Of a stretch of DNA of 64,000 nucleotides, positions 8,810 to 22,900 are shown one piece after another. Both the position numbers and the translations under genes were made by a program. The DNA is taken from NCBI GenBank assembly GCA_000182565.2, contig KQ257457.1; one strand, written 5' to 3'. The stretch's first letter is position 1; the number at the start of each line of letters is the position of its first letter. The stretch is from Spizellomyces punctatus DAOM BR117 (lineage: Eukaryota). Under the pieces are notes generated by a model. The model was given only the letters and a program-made list of their open reading frames with translations. It made no database searches and was not told where the DNA came from.

Positions 8810-11800
8810 CTACACCTCATCCTCATCCACAACCACCCCTCCACATGGATGCACCCCGCCTATAGCTTCCTCGTCTTCGTCACAGGACAAAGATCCAGTT
8901 TCCGATGGTTGGAAACCATGTCGTCGCGCAACAATATGAATGTGATAGGCGTCTTCAAATGATAATGAATCTCGGTCGCCACCATTTGGGATGACGGTGT
9001 CCTCATCTGGGAACTGTATAAAGGACCCCATGGCAGTCGAGATACCTTCTTGAAACTTTTCGTCGCCGCCCAGGACGGGGAATTGACCGTTCGGAACAAG
9101 GGTTTTGTCATCCCTGAATAATTATACAATTTAGAATGTGCAGAATGTTGCAGGACAATGACAGGCACTTACCCATAGGGTTTAGGCGCCTCCCGTCTAA
9201 TCTGAACATGGAATGCAGCCGGAAGGTCGCTCAAATCGGGGCTATTCGGTTCAATAGAGACAAGAGACCGCGACGCATCAAACACTTGAAAGCAAAACTG
9301 CGGGCCCATCCATACTGGAGGTCTCGGCGCTGTTTCGTGCGTAACAATTTCAATCTTTGACGGCCACTGTATGCGTGATGGTGGTGATGATTTTGCTGCT
9401 GCTGTTGTTGTTGAAGTTGTTGTTGTTGGAGTTTGCGTTGGGTTGGTTCGAGTGGGAGCAGGAGGACGAGAAGGAGATGTTTGAACGGAGCGTTTGACTT
9501 CACCCCAGTCCATTTCGCGCTTCACGTTCCATTCCATGACTTCAGAGACTTTAACCCGAATATGCTGCTTTTTGCCTCCAAATCCCAACCCCGGGAACGC
9601 ACTAAAGAGCCCCGACGGAGAGAAGCGGTCAAATGACGACGGGCTAGCACCTGTGCTGGATCGCTTAGGTGAGGGCAGGAGGGTTTGAGGGCTGGCTGGG
9701 GTGGGATCTTCGAGTAGGACGTCAACATGATGCATCATGAGGCTGCCGCGGTCGGTAGGATGAAAGGTGAGGAGGCGTTGGCGGAACAGTCGGATCGCAG
9801 AGACTGGAGCTTCAGCTTGAGTGTGGGTCCAACTTCCACCACATGTCGTGCCAGCGGAACCGACAGGACTGCTCCTGTCGTGGGAACGGCGGTCATAAAC
9901 AGCCGCGGCCGTGTCTTTGAGCGCGTTCTTGTCGGGAAGGAAGGCGGCGATCAGAGGGGCACGACCACTTCCGCAGGTGATGCTATCATTAGAAACCACA
10001 CCTTCGGACCATGCTTCGCTTTTCGGAGACGCCTCGACAGGTTGACGCTTGATCCTTGCCACTGGGTACAAGCTGGCAATCCCTCCTTCAGCGGTCCCCG
10101 GTACCAAAGTCTGAGTCTGCTTCGGTTCCGCGAAACCATTGATAATGTTCAGGCGTTCACCATTCATACCATTCAAACTCTTTTCCTTCATAGACGCTGG
10201 GTTAATCCGATACACATGCGTCGTCCCCCGGGTGGTCGTCACGCCAACCCACTTGGAGTCCACCGAAAACGCGACACTCTCGATCGTCGCCATCGTGTAA
10301 CCCCGTTCGAGTTTGTATAAGCATTGAACGGCAGTCCGTGGTTTACCCTTGCTGCTTCGACCTGGGACCTGCCATATATAGAAGGTATTGGCTTGGCTGG
10401 AGGCCGTTATCACCAGTGTTTGGTTTGGGTTGAAGGCGATCACAGAGACAGGATTTGTGTGCGGTTTCCAATGGGCTATGGAAGGGGGATGCGGTTGTGG
10501 AGATGTTGTTGTCGATGAGTTTGAGGAGGGGGATGTCGGCGTAGGGAGGGGGCGGATCACAACCTTGACACACAGTTGAGTCAACAGTCCACATATTGTC
10601 TGATTCACTAACAACACTCACCACTCCGCTAGGCAGCTCGGCATATCTATCCAATTTCCCATTCTCTTTCACCTTCCCCCCAGGTGTACCATTCACCTTG
10701 ACGTCCTCCTCTGCACGCAAGGCGACTCCCTCTTTGGTGGCCGGCGAGAAGTAATTGCTCAAAGCCTGGTACCCATACTCTCCGATCACCTTGGCACCCA
10801 CGACCAAATCTTTTGCTACTTTACCAGCAACCTTCCGGGCCAATCCCGCATCCGGGATCCCGTCTGCGTCGTCGCTGTCGGGATCGGACGGCAATTCGTC
10901 AGTCGATGTTCCTTTGCGGCGGGAGGGCGGCGGGGGAGTAGATGTCGCGTAGATAATATAACGGGAACCGATGTCATAGACTATTGCGTTATTTAGGGGG
11001 TTTGGGCGAGTGTCGGTGTAGACGCCGAGGAGATGGAGTGTTAGAGCGGAATAAATATGGATGGCGTGGGACGCGAGGGACTACACTAATGTGAGAAATA
11101 TTTCAAACGTTAAATGTAGCACGGAAGCATGCGACTCACCACAGCAATGACCCTTGCATTACATTTCGCTTCTAGAGCTGTATCCTCTCCAAACTTTACA
11201 GTCTGCACAGCTGTCAGAGACCTCAACGAGTACAGCTGCAAGGCGCTCTGGGGCTTGCCACTTGAATCCTCGGAAACCACTTCAGTTCTGCAATGCGCCA
11301 TGATTCAGATGCTACAAGCCTGTACTTGAATTATCAATGTAACGTACATGTACGCAATGAGAGGTCTGGCGTGCTCCAAGTAGTCCGTGGAGCCATCTCG
11401 TCGATACGGAGTCGGTAATGCCTACCAAATAGCAAGAAGACATGAACAACAATCCCGCTCAACCAGCAGGAAGCGAGACGCTCACCTCCACCCACGTAAC
11501 CTTCCGGAGCCCCTCCCTCACCGACACCACCTCCCTCACATTCTCCAGGTCCCCCAAGCTCCATACCTGAAAGCCCCTCCCGTAACCCAGAAACAGGCAC
11601 AACTGCCGCTTATTCTCCCAATCCACCCAACAAAATGCAGCGGAAAGGACCCGTTCAGACGGATCAAGGGGATCAAACTCTGTGCTTGGGGACTTCTCAG
11701 AGAGGTTTTGGGCGACGTAGGACGAGATACCGTTAAGGTAGGATGCGATGCTCGATATGGCGGAAGGGGCTCTGTGAACATGTGTGAGAGATGATGATTT

Positions 11801-11872
11801 GTAGGAGTACTCCAGTAGCTACCTCAACGATTTGGCCTGCGCTCTCACTCCCTGGGGTGTACTGGCAAACAT
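8810..11872 (-). CDS. BCAS3: BCAS3-like WD40/PROPPIN autophagy-related protein
   Basis: LFLGYGRGFQVW, WD40 segments HTNPVSVIAFNP and LYKLERGYTMATIESVAFS..RGTTHVY, C-terminal WPSKIEIVTH..PPVWMGPQFCF. Multi-exon, with putative ATG 11872 (MFASTPQGVRAQ). Confidence 0.8.
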
Positions 11873-12448
11873 GCCGGACACGCTACGCCAGCGCCGAGAA
11901 TTTCGAAAGATGAAAAGTGGAAATGCCTTTCTCGTATATTACTTATTTGGCGTGAATCAAAGCAACTTGTCCTGCTTGGTGGGTTCAGCGTCAAGACTAA
12001 AAAGATAACGTCAAAGAAAGCTCGACGGCATGTGAGCATCCGCGATGAGATGCAACCGTTCCGCGGTGCCCATCGCGCAGTATCTCAGCAAAACATACCA
12101 CAAGTACAAGTCTTGACAAACAACAAGAAGCAACTCTCAAAAAGGAATATACACAAGGGCGTAACCGCTGCCGGCAGTCACACTACACCTCTTTAACGGT
12201 ACGGCGGTGGATGAAAGCCAAGGAACTTGGACCAAATGAATACACAAAACCACCAAGTCACAGCACAAAAATCCTAATCAAAAAAAACCAAAGTTGGAAA
12301 AGCCAAAAACGTTGACGAGGTCGAGTAAAATAAGCGCAGAAATGCAGCTAAACTGTTCCAAAGCCCAAGCAGGAAGTGACCTCTCCAAGCGTCAAGCGGC
12401 GCGTTGTTCACGCGGAAGGTCACGTGTATATATTATGTCATCAGAAGG

Positions 12449-15400
12449 TCACCCGCCTCGTCGGCGTTTCCTACCTCTCCCCCGGTGCCCTCCACCACGT
12501 CCCGGCGAAGATAAATGACCCACAGATGCATCTACATTTGTCTGAACCTGCGCGTACGGATTCTGGAGCATGCCCAGTACGGATGACAGGAGAACGGAAA
12601 GGTCTACCTGAGGTTGCGCGAGAGAAGGTGGGAAGGATAATGGGTAGGATGGGAAGGGAGATGCGATAAAGGACTGTGACTGGGGAAGGGGCTGATTGTA
12701 TGTGGAGGGTGCCTGTTGGGATGGTGCATCCATTCCATCAGTAGAAGATCTTGAGTTTTCTTCGTCTTTTGGCCCTTTCCTCTCAAGTTCCTCCATAGCC
12801 ATCCGACACGCATCTGCCTTCGCATCTGCCTTTTTCGGAAATGCCGCAGAAGTCCACTTTTGTCCTTCTCCCGCCTCCATCGTAACCGTACACACAAACC
12901 ACGGTGCAGCATGCGCAGTACTCGGTGGAGGTACAGTGGAAAAATGTGCCTGGAACCGTGATTTCGTACGTAGGCAGTACTCGTGCAGAAGGATCGTGGA
13001 AGATTTTGATGTAGATGGAGTGGGTGAAGAGTCGATCCCGAGGGCTTTGCATGCCACATGGGCGGCATCTTCTTTTGCATTGCCACGTTTAGTGTGCGAC
13101 GAGGCTGATGTGTAAGTCTTGCCGCCAATTTGGATGGTAGCTTTATGGGATCCGCGTCCGCCGGGTCCCACGTGGTAGGTCCACTCAACATGTAGGCGCT
13201 GCCGAGTGACGTAGGACATGAACCGGGGGAGCCAGATGCGATGACCGGCCTGGGTGGCAGTAAAATCATCCAATAGCCCCATGACTTCTGACGGGTCCAT
13301 CTCGTCATCAGGTTTCTCTGTTACTTCCCCCTCCTCCCTATCTTCATCAGGATTTTCGTTGTCTTCTGCAGTGAAAATCTCTTCAAGCCGACCCGAAAAC
13401 CGTTCGGTCTTGGTCGCAGCCTCTCGATAGCAATGCATGAACAAACAAGCCAGTCTCGCGACGTCTTGAGCAGCATCCAAAGGCGAAGTGAACAAATAGG
13501 CGGACTCAAACTGTTCCTGAGCAACGGTGAGGTGACATCGGTAAAGATGCTTGGACGTAGTGGGATCGGAAAAGGTGAGAAGCTTGTAGGTTGGAGATTG
13601 AGAGTTGGGATACTGTTTTGCTACAAAGGTGGCAAGGCGGTCGATGAATGTACTGGACTGTGAATCGGACCTGGAGGTTGTTGGGTCGAATGACGAGGAG
13701 GAAATGGGGGGCCCCGTGGGCGTGTCAACGGCCATGGGTCCTGTGATCAGGTCTAGCTGGAAGTTCACAGGAGCGGTGGTGCTATCGTTTTGATCGTCTT
13801 CCATTTCGCTCTTTTCATCTTCGTCCCCACTAGCCTCATCCTCCTCAGTACTTGTCTCACTCTCCTCATCATCACTGCTCGTCGCTTTCTCCTCACTACT
13901 TGCGTCATTCTCCTCATCGTCACTACTTTGATCCTCCTCACTCGATATATCAGTGGCTTGAACCTCTACCATCGGATCGCTCTTCCCCATGAACGTTTCA
14001 ACCGCTTGCTTCAAAGCGGCCAAATCGTCTTCGATATCTGAGGAAATGAGATCGGCCAGGTCGTCTCCAGCATCATTCATTGGAGACGTTGTTTCATTGG
14101 GCTTTGTGTGATCGGTTTGTTGGTGTGAGAAAATGAGTTGGTCCTTGGATTGTGTATTAGACTTTTGAGAGGATTGTGTGGGAGATGGAGGTTTTCGCGG
14201 ATCACCCGTGTCATTTTGGAAGGGAGGTGGTGACTCCGAAATGTCGCTCATGGCCATCATATCAGCATCGAGCTGTTCGGGCCTTGAAGGTTCAGGCATC
14301 GTTGCGTCTTCCTCCTGAGCAGAAAAGGTGGTTCGGCCTGTGGCCGGATTGAAAGGGCTCTCACTATTCGTCCGCAGCTGTGTCTCGCCTGTTTCGCTCT
14401 TTAATCTCGATAACCGTCCACCGACATCCAGTGCTTTCAAAGCATCCCGCCTAACCGTGTATACTCCGTCAGGAGCGTTCTTTTCCAAAACATTGGCTAA
14501 AACCATCAAATTGACGACATTTTCTGTATTCGTAATAGTACCCCACTGAGGTTCTTGTACATGGAACTCGCTTATGTCACTCAAGAGGAGCTCCCTTGCT
14601 ATGCGCTCAAAATTATGGTTGAGCAGGACTTGGGCGGATTGGGAGAGCGTTTTAATGAAATAGGCTGGGAGGGATACAAATGGATTTGGCATTGGGGATG
14701 TAGGGGCGGGCAAGAGGATTCTGCGGGATGGACATGTTGGGAGATGGTAGGTAGAAGGCGCGAGAACGATGAAGGTTGTTTGGAGTGGTGCATGGGCATC
14801 CAGCAAGAGCATATGGGTGGCAATGACCTAATTAAGTCTTTATAAACCTTCCAGTCCCATAATTGCCCGCCAGAGCATTTCAAATACCTTATCAAGATCT
14901 TGTCCCTCGACACTCATCACAAAAACACGGTCCGGTGGACTGTTAACAAACGGGTTCTGCCAGGTACCCTCAACATAAACAGCCAATATCACATCCTTCG
15001 GGACTAGATACGACCTCAACCCCGTCAGGGCCTGTCGTCCTGCATTAGCGCCTATAAAGTAGACTGAGTGGATGGGATGGGGTGAAGGGAATATCCCGAA
15101 GAAAGAAGTATAGGGCGGTGAGAGTATCGACGACGTTGGCAGAAGCGACCCTTTATCCATCGACGAACAAAAATGAAATACGAATGTACGTGTGTTAGAT
15201 GGGAGATCAGGTGAGGCAGCGTGGTCGGACAGCGTCTTGGGTATATTCCAGCACTGGTTTCTTGGATGAATTGACCGAACAGGCTGCGTTCACCTTCCTC
15301 ATGCAACCATCGTCGTCGTTCTGGAAATCCTCTCCCAGCACAATCCCCCAACCAACTGCTGTTGCCACGGCAACACGATGCTGTAATCTGATCGAGGCTG

Positions 15401-15579
15401 CGGTCCATCTTCTGGCCTTCAATGACTGCACCGAATTTGACAAGAGTTGGCAAATGGTGGACGACCAAACTGATGAAGCAGTGGGAAGGGCGCTGGTAAG
15501 TATTGATATGATCCTCCTTTAGCGTGCATATTCCGACTTGAATGCTTTTTAGGTCGTCATTTCGCTCAACGGCAACCAT
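12449..15579 (-). CDS. Protein with three C-terminal dsRNA-binding motifs (dsRBD), acidic linker and unrecognised N-terminal domain
   Basis: dsRBD helices SPLDAAQDVARLAC, KRGNAKEDAAHVACKALG and KKADAKADACRMAMEEL, each preceded by beta strands. RGG-like tail. Upstream exons are in ORFs 14840-15160 and 15207-15500; 5' end uncertain. Confidence 0.7.
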
Positions 15580-15636
15580 GGCCAGCCAACGGACTTCGAT
15601 AACTTTATAAAGGGTCTCGAGAGCCAATTTCGTACC

Positions 15637-17073
15637 ATGATATCCTCAAAGGCATCTCAGTCCACCAACACTACCATTCATGCGCATCAAAACGCAGCCC
15701 GGAAAACAAAAACCATCTCCCGTACTGTTCCAGCTGGTCGGCATGTTTTGTTTACGTTGCAGTCAAGCACAAGCCGAGGATTCGGCACGCATGATGGGAT
15801 TCCGCTTATGGCGAAGCGAGCTGCACTGGAAGTCGTAGAATGGTTCTGGGAAGAGATTGTGCCCGTGCTGAGAGAGAAGGTAGAAGGGAATGACGACAAT
15901 ATCTCAAAATGGGTGGTTCATCTTTCTGTTGTTGGGCATAGTTTGGGGGGTCTAATTGCACGATACCTCATCAAACTTTTACTGGAACGACTGTCTGTAG
16001 GGAGAAATGGAACCTCCGCAGCAACATCACTGCGTACCGTGTTTGACGCCAACGGGTGGATGACGTTGAAACCACTGACGTTTATGACAGTGTGTTCTCC
16101 ACATTTTGGGTCCCGCCGGAGTGCCAAGCCGGGATCATGGACAGCCCCCGTCTTTCAGGGTATTGTAAGATTTTACCTGACTAATATTGCCGGGCAGACT
16201 GGGAAAGAGCTGTATTTGATTGATGGCACGTCGTCTTTGTCCGCCACGGAACCATGGTCTGATGATTCCCGCGTCCCGTTACTGATTCGAATGGCCGACC
16301 CTCGCTCATCGTACATGAGTACCCTCCGAGAGTTTCGTCCAATCCTTGTGGCAGCTGTGCGCAACGACATTCCCGTCGGGTATTGCTCTGCGGCGGTGAC
16401 GAGCGTCAATCCGCATGCTGAACTGCTGAGCAATGGCGGGGAGGTGGGCGCTGTGGTGGAAGTGACTGCAGGCAGAGAAGTAGGATTACGGGTCATGAGC
16501 TTTTCTGGGTTTCGAACGGAGGCAGTCCCCACGCCTGTGAACCGCAAAATTGGGTTAATGACCAAAGAAGAAGCTGATCCCGTGCGGCAGTTTTGGGTGG
16601 ATCGGCTGTTTGGTGGTGGATCGATTCAAGACGATCCGATACTGCAGAAGATCCGGACTGACCAGACAGTTGAGATTCTGGGACCGCGTGGCACGATGCA
16701 CCACCACCAGGAGCCTTTTCACGACGCACCGTTGTACAATGATCCGCCTTCGTATAATGGCTTCTTGTCAAGTCTCTTATCACCTCCTCCCCCGACAGCC
16801 CCTACAGACGCTTTTGTGCCGGACCACCACCACGACAATCTAATTCCAACACGACTCTTGGCGCGTCTCCAAGAGACATTATGGAATGCACGACGAATCA
16901 ACATTGATTTTGTACTGTCAAACCCCGTAAGCCGAGCGACGGTGCATGCGCTTGCTGTTGGGAAAGCGGAAGGGGGAGTGTTGAATGTCGATGGGCAGGT
17001 GGCAGCGCAACAGGCTGGATGGTTTTTGGCGCGTATCGTCCTATTGGATTATCTGTACGCCTGCGACGAGTGA
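15637..17073 (+). CDS. DUF676-type putative serine esterase/lipase
   Basis: Uninterrupted 478-aa ORF with LSVVGHSLGGLIARY, FMTVCSPHFGS, GQTGKELYLID and NDIPV motifs. Confidence 0.8.
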   Translation: MISSKASQSTNTTIHAHQNAARKTKTISRTVPAGRHVLFTLQSSTSRGFGTHDGIPLMAKRAALEVVEWFWEEIVPVLREKVEGNDDNISKWVVHLSVVGHSLGGLIARYLIKLLLERLSVGRNGTSAATSLRTVFDANGWMTLKPLTFMTVCSPHFGSRRSAKPGSWTAPVFQGIVRFYLTNIAGQTGKELYLIDGTSSLSATEPWSDDSRVPLLIRMADPRSSYMSTLREFRPILVAAVRNDIPVGYCSAAVTSVNPHAELLSNGGEVGAVVEVTAGREVGLRVMSFSGFRTEAVPTPVNRKIGLMTKEEADPVRQFWVDRLFGGGSIQDDPILQKIRTDQTVEILGPRGTMHHHQEPFHDAPLYNDPPSYNGFLSSLLSPPPPTAPTDAFVPDHHHDNLIPTRLLARLQETLWNARRINIDFVLSNPVSRATVHALAVGKAEGGVLNVDGQVAAQQAGWFLARIVLLDYLYACDE

Positions 17074-18059
17074 CCTACAATGCCAGCCTCCTCACAGCGT
17101 ATAACGTACGACAATCATCTAATGAGTAGACCTAGCGGCCACGGACATGTGTGAATGCCCGTAATGGTCTGATCCCTAGTAGAATCGTAATAATAAATAA
17201 GATCTTTATATTACAATCCATCGAATTGCACACAAAGGTGTATTGTGACGCCCCATAGCATATTGGATGATCGCAAGAAACTCGAAATGGCTCATTCGAA
17301 TGCAGAGCACGTGTATAATGCATTGGAATGCGTCAAGTCCAAAATGGCAAATTCACATCACACTCCGTTACTGCTACTACTGGCTGCCACAACTCCGCCT
17401 CTCCTTCCTCCTCCTTCCGCTCGGCTTTCTGGGTTTGGCCTGCTTCATTATCTTGCAATTTGGTACTTACTTGAGAACTGGCTTGAGAGGTATGTGGTCT
17501 CATGTATAACTGTGCTTCTGTTCATCTGTGTGTGGGCGAAAGAGGCAAGCCCGCCATGTCGGCACCGGGGATGAGGGTTTTGCCGATTGGCGGGTCTGCA
17601 GGCACCTCGAGCGGAGAGAGAGTTTACTCTCTCTTTGACATGTGCAGAGGTCGGAAGATATGGTCCAACTGCTCTGAGCTCCCTTGCATTCCCGCAAGCA
17701 CGCACATTCACACTCTGCACAGTTCTGGGTGGCGCAACTCGCAGCCACATTTCTCATTGTGTTCTTTACTTCCAAGAGTGACCTGCATCTGTTGCCATTG
17801 GGGCAACGAATCGATTATTGTTTCTATACATTGAGGCCAGTGCGATCGGCTGGATCGGCTAAAAGGCGGACATAAAGCAGCGTTTGATTGGATCAACGCC
17901 CTTGTACGAACCTTGGTCATTTTTGCTTTTGAGTGTGCCCATGTGTGTGCTGATGCTCGCCTTACCATGATTAGCAAAAAACACTTGGGCATCCATTAGC
18001 GCCGTATTCTAGTCCGATCACACAGACGCACACACACGCACATATATCCTTGCGAGATC

Positions 18060-19353
18060 ATGCAGTTGCCTACTTTTTCCAGTAGTGGACGACGCTACTC
18101 CCACGGCTCGGCATTGATGGGCTCCTCTTTTTCGGGACTAGACGCTCGGCAAACCATCGATCCGTCCATCTCTTCTATCTCGCTGCGTGCAAAGAGACGA
18201 AAGAGCTGTGTTGGTTCCTTATCAAGTCCTGATGCCGGTGACGATGCACCTAAAAAGAGAAAGCAAGTCAAAAATGCGTGTGGTAAAGTTGCCATCCTTG
18301 TTGACCACGTTTGACAAGTGCATGACTAACTTGTCCTTAACAGTCAACTGTCAAAAGGCGTGCAAAAAATGCGAAATTGCACGGCCTTGTCCACGTTGTG
18401 TGCGATACGGGCTTGAAGCAACCTGTCATGACTCGGTTCGCAAAGAGCGCAAAAAGGGAGTTTCAAGAGGTCCATACAAGCGAAAAGATGAAAGAAGTGC
18501 GAGTCAATCGCCCGAACCAGCCGAACTGTCCAACTCGTCAGGCCACCCTACGCACGAGTTGGGCACCGCCAAGCGCGACTATTCAGAGGAAGATCACACC
18601 TCACCTAGTCCAGTCTCCTCACAAGAACCGAGCGAGGCGTCCACGTCCCGCCCCGCGAGCCCAGTGGTTCACGAGATAACCACTCAGGATGACTCGAGTG
18701 AGCAAAAGTGGGACAAGCTAGCCATTTTGTCGGATCTCTGTACAGCGGTCTTGGAGCACTCTGCTTATCACGGCGGCGGATCACTGGCGCATCTGGCAGA
18801 CGTTTCGAGCCAGGAGAGTGCAAGGTTGTTATTAGACGACCCGGCACGAGGGTACGTACAAAATGGATATTCCACCACATTCGGCGGCATCAGTCCGTCA
18901 GACGAGATTATCAAGCAGGAAGAGATTGAAGACCAGAACCCTGCCCAAGCTGGACCTGTCCAGGCGGGACCTGCATCCTGGTACGATGAGAAACCCATGC
19001 AAGCTGGCCCGGCCTTGACTCGCAGCTATCCTGTGATGACCACGCCCTCCCGCCCTGCGTATAGTCCCCCCCAACATGTATATACCCAACTTTCCATCCA
19101 CACCACACAACATCAACAACAAGGCAACAACCACCCTCGTCGGGACTCTGGGTACTCGCACTCCCCCCCTCCTTCCAAGGAGTCTTTTATTACTCTCCCA
19201 CCCATTCGCGAGACTTTCCCAGAGCACATTATTAGTGATCGGATGATCATGGAACCGCGACCTGATGCGTCTTCTCCCTGTTATGGATGGGGCCGAGGTG
19301 TCACGATGGATGAATTTACGTCTGTTTCTTTTGGTGTTTTGAGGAGGGTCTGA
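18060..19353 (+). CDS. Zn(II)2Cys6 transcription factor (Ert1/Rds2/AcuM-like DNA-binding domain)
   Basis: KRKQVKNAC|VNCQKACKKCEIARPCPRCVRYGLEATC..RKERKKG after removal of intron ~18283-18343. Confidence 0.88.
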
Positions 19354-19998
19354 ATGCTGGGTGGTTTTGACATATTTTTTTGTACTTGGTGGATGGATGT
19401 ATGTCACGACTGTAGGTTTGTGTTTATCTCGATAGTTGGGATCTATATCTGTTCCTTGGGTAGGATTTCTATTTTTTTTACCATAGCAATGATATGAAAT
19501 TTGTGTGGGATCTTTTGTCGTCAATAGCTACAGTGGTGTCCTAGTTCTCCATCTGAGGCTCAAGCCACACCAAGCCATGCTTACTCAACGAGCGATCTGC
19601 AATTATTGCCATGACAACAAGATGCGTGAGTCACGTCCTGCATCGGAAAGTTGGCCAATTCTCGTCAAAAAGAAATACAAAGCAATTTGGAAATCCACTT
19701 TGAAAGCCGTGTGGTCCCCAACTTGCTGGTGGGTTTTGTGCGGTCTTCTTTTTTTTTCGGAATTTGTTGGTGGTGGTAAGTTTTCTTTTGACGATTTCAC
19801 TGATTTGGGGCGTGATCTTCAGTTTGAGTTCAGAAATTTAGGTTCATTTTGTTGGGTGTGCTTACCGTTTGCATTAACTTGTAAGTGGGACGTGTTCATA
19901 AAACGAGTTGGTTGTCCTAGGGAAACTTTGATGGGAAGAAAGTCAATGGGCTTATAGTATGCCAGAAGATCTCACAAAGAGTTGGTTTAAAAGAAATC

Positions 19999-22900
19999 AT
20001 GACGACCGAGACAACTCAACCACCGGACGCAAGCACTGTTGAGGCAGGTGTCGAGAAGGATGTGGCAGAGGATGTGAATGGTGGGTCAAGACGCTTTATG
20101 CATATCAAAACCCCGGTTGACACCCAGCTCAGCGGTCGTGCAAGACCAAACCTTCAACCTTACCATCAAAATGCCACAGTCCCTGCCGCCTCTCAAATTT
20201 GTGGTGCATGCCCACACGAGCATTCAAGAAATTCGACAGGTCATATTTGATGCGTCTGAAGCACAAGGGTACACGTGCTTTCATTTGATGTTTGATGGGA
20301 AGAAGCTGAGTGACGTGATCGAGTTGGGGGAGGTGGAAGGGTTTGGAGTGGAGAGTGTGTTGGAATTGGTTGAAGGTGTGCTTTTGATTTTGTTTTATCT
20401 GTTGGTGGATGATAAAGTGTTCATTCTGGATGCAGGAGAATACACGGATCGTGAAGTCCGGGTTCATTTGACCCGATTCAGGGAGACTTTGACAAACTTT
20501 GCGAGCTTTTTGCCAAGTTTTGGAGTGGATCATGCTGCGTCGCTCTTGAGCTGTGTTGAAGACAAGGAGGGTGGGTTTAGAGCATTATTCTGCGAACATG
20601 AGAGCGACATGCTGACGGATGTTAGCAGAAAATGGCCATGATGACAAGGGCAAGAGCAAGAACAAGCGAAACGGCAAGGACTCCAAGCGTAACGGAGATG
20701 CCGCAAGGAATGGACCTGGCCATCACGCGTTTGCAGATTACGATTTCGAACGCAAGGGCGCCACACTCTTAAGTGATTTCATCCCACACGGGTTCAATAA
20801 CCCGAACCGTATTGCATGCCTAAAGAGTCTGTCTGTTTCCCCATGGAATCCTCCCCCTTTCCAGCAAAAGTCTCGTGGTGATCTGCTCTATCTTCGTGCA
20901 GAGACCCTTGAAGGGGAGGTCCTACATCTCACCTGCTGTGCTTCTGGGTTCTACGTGAATGCAAGCACCGATGGCGAATTCCACCCCTTCCCACGACAGC
21001 GAAAACCGTGCCACGAGCATAACATCCATGCCACCCTCTCCAAAGCCAGTCCGCTCTTTGGAAAGAATTTCGCAAGGCTTCAAGCCACGAACGCCCGGCG
21101 GAACCCTCTAGAGTACATTGTGACTGCATCGGGAGCGACACCATGGGCTGTCAAGAGTCGGTCGCATAGTGCTGACCCGGGACGATCTCTGGATGCCCAG
21201 CTGACGGCCGCCGAACACGCCGATGCCTTCGGGGCGCGGGACTGGAACGAAGACTTTCAGAGCACACGAGATCTCCCTCGGTCTACACCACAGGAAAAGG
21301 TCTTGCGCGATCAAGCAATGTACCGTACCCATGCTGATTTCATTGAAGCCGCCGTTCGCGGTGCGGTTGCCGTCTTGAATGGCAGTGTCATGTCCCTCAA
21401 CCCGCAAGAACCAGGTGCTACCCAAATGTACCTGCACAATAACATCTTCTTTTCCCAGGGGTACGACCAGCGTGAAGCGTTTGAGAAGCTGGGTGGGCCC
21501 GACGCTGCTCACGTGGCCGTCTCCAAAGATGTTGACGGCGTCCGACTGCTTTCCAATCTGGAAATTGACGGTTTGCATACCCTTGGTACCGCTGTCATTG
21601 ACTACATGGGACAACGTATCGTTGGACAGACGGTCATTCCCGGAATCCTGTCCAGACGCGCCGTGGAGAGCGAGTCATTGGTAAAATATGGGTCTGTGGA
21701 TCTGGGAAAAGAGATTTTCTCTGACGAAGAATTCCATGCTCTGTCTGCCCAAGTCGCGAAGGCATTGCATTTGGCCGAACACGAGGTGATCGATGGAGAA
21801 GGCAAAGTTCATAAACTCTTCACTTCCGTAGACACAAAGGTATGTTTTTGTTGCGATCACAATGCCTCCCAGAGGTTCACACGTATTTTAGGGCATCGTC
21901 GGCACGGACGGTCGCCGCTACCTCCTCGATCTGTACCGGATTACACCGGTGGATATTGAATTCATCGAACAGGTCCGATCTGATGAGACGAATCCGTATC
22001 CCCACGAAATGGCCCTCTTGCGACCGGAATTGATTGACTACTTTTATGAGACCCGATTGAGAGCTTTCGTGGAAGAACGGCAAAAGGAGGAGGAAGCAAA
22101 GAAGAGCAAGAAGGGTGACGGAGATGAGAAGCAGGATGTGGAAGACGGAGATGCTGTGTTGGTCAATAAGGAAGGTGCTGAAGAAGGGCATGAGGAGAAG
22201 GGCGAGGATGTGATAGGCAGGTGCAATATCTCTTGAGTGTTTCATGGTTCGTTTGACTGAGCGTCTTCATCCATCAGACCCCCCGAAATTTGAACTTGAA
22301 TTCAACACGGATGTTTACACTCTCGTTCAACTTGCCGGTGAACAGCAAGACCTCGAAAGTCAACGCTCTCTCACCCGGGAAGCTAGCACCTTTTTGCGGG
22401 AAACAATGATACAGCGTTTGGTACGTCCCATCCCCACCACAACTGGAAACCAGCCTTTAACACGCGCTTTAGGTTGTTGAATGCATATACCAGAGCGTAC
22501 CAATTGATGGCGAAGCCCTCACAAAGCGATTCCATCAACGTGGTGTCAATATGCGGTACTTGGGCAAAACAGTACAAGTCGCTGAGAGTACTGCGGCCAA
22601 GGTCCCGAGGTGTCCGCACGAGTATTTTACGGTAAGTTGTTGTGTTAGAGTATGTACGGTACAGATCTGATGATTTTCTGTTACAGGAATTGTGTAAACA
22701 GGAAATGATCGCCCGAGCCGCCAAACATGTCTTACGCGATTTACTCAAAGACACGCCCTTGTATTTGATGGGCGAGTGTGTTTCGCATTTCCTAAATTGC
22801 CTGTTTTGTGGTGAGGAAGGTGTTGTGCCTGTTACTGAAGGAGTTCATGGGCGGGTAAGTGTTTTGCAGTTTACAGGTTCTCTGTTGAGGTTTATTTAAA

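Noticed and set aside
11081-11088. CTACACTA matching the element's right terminus (also at 24637-24644)
   Set aside because: Only 8 bp match, with no adjacent TIR or scaffold sequence. The first lies at an intron boundary of the BCAS3-like gene.
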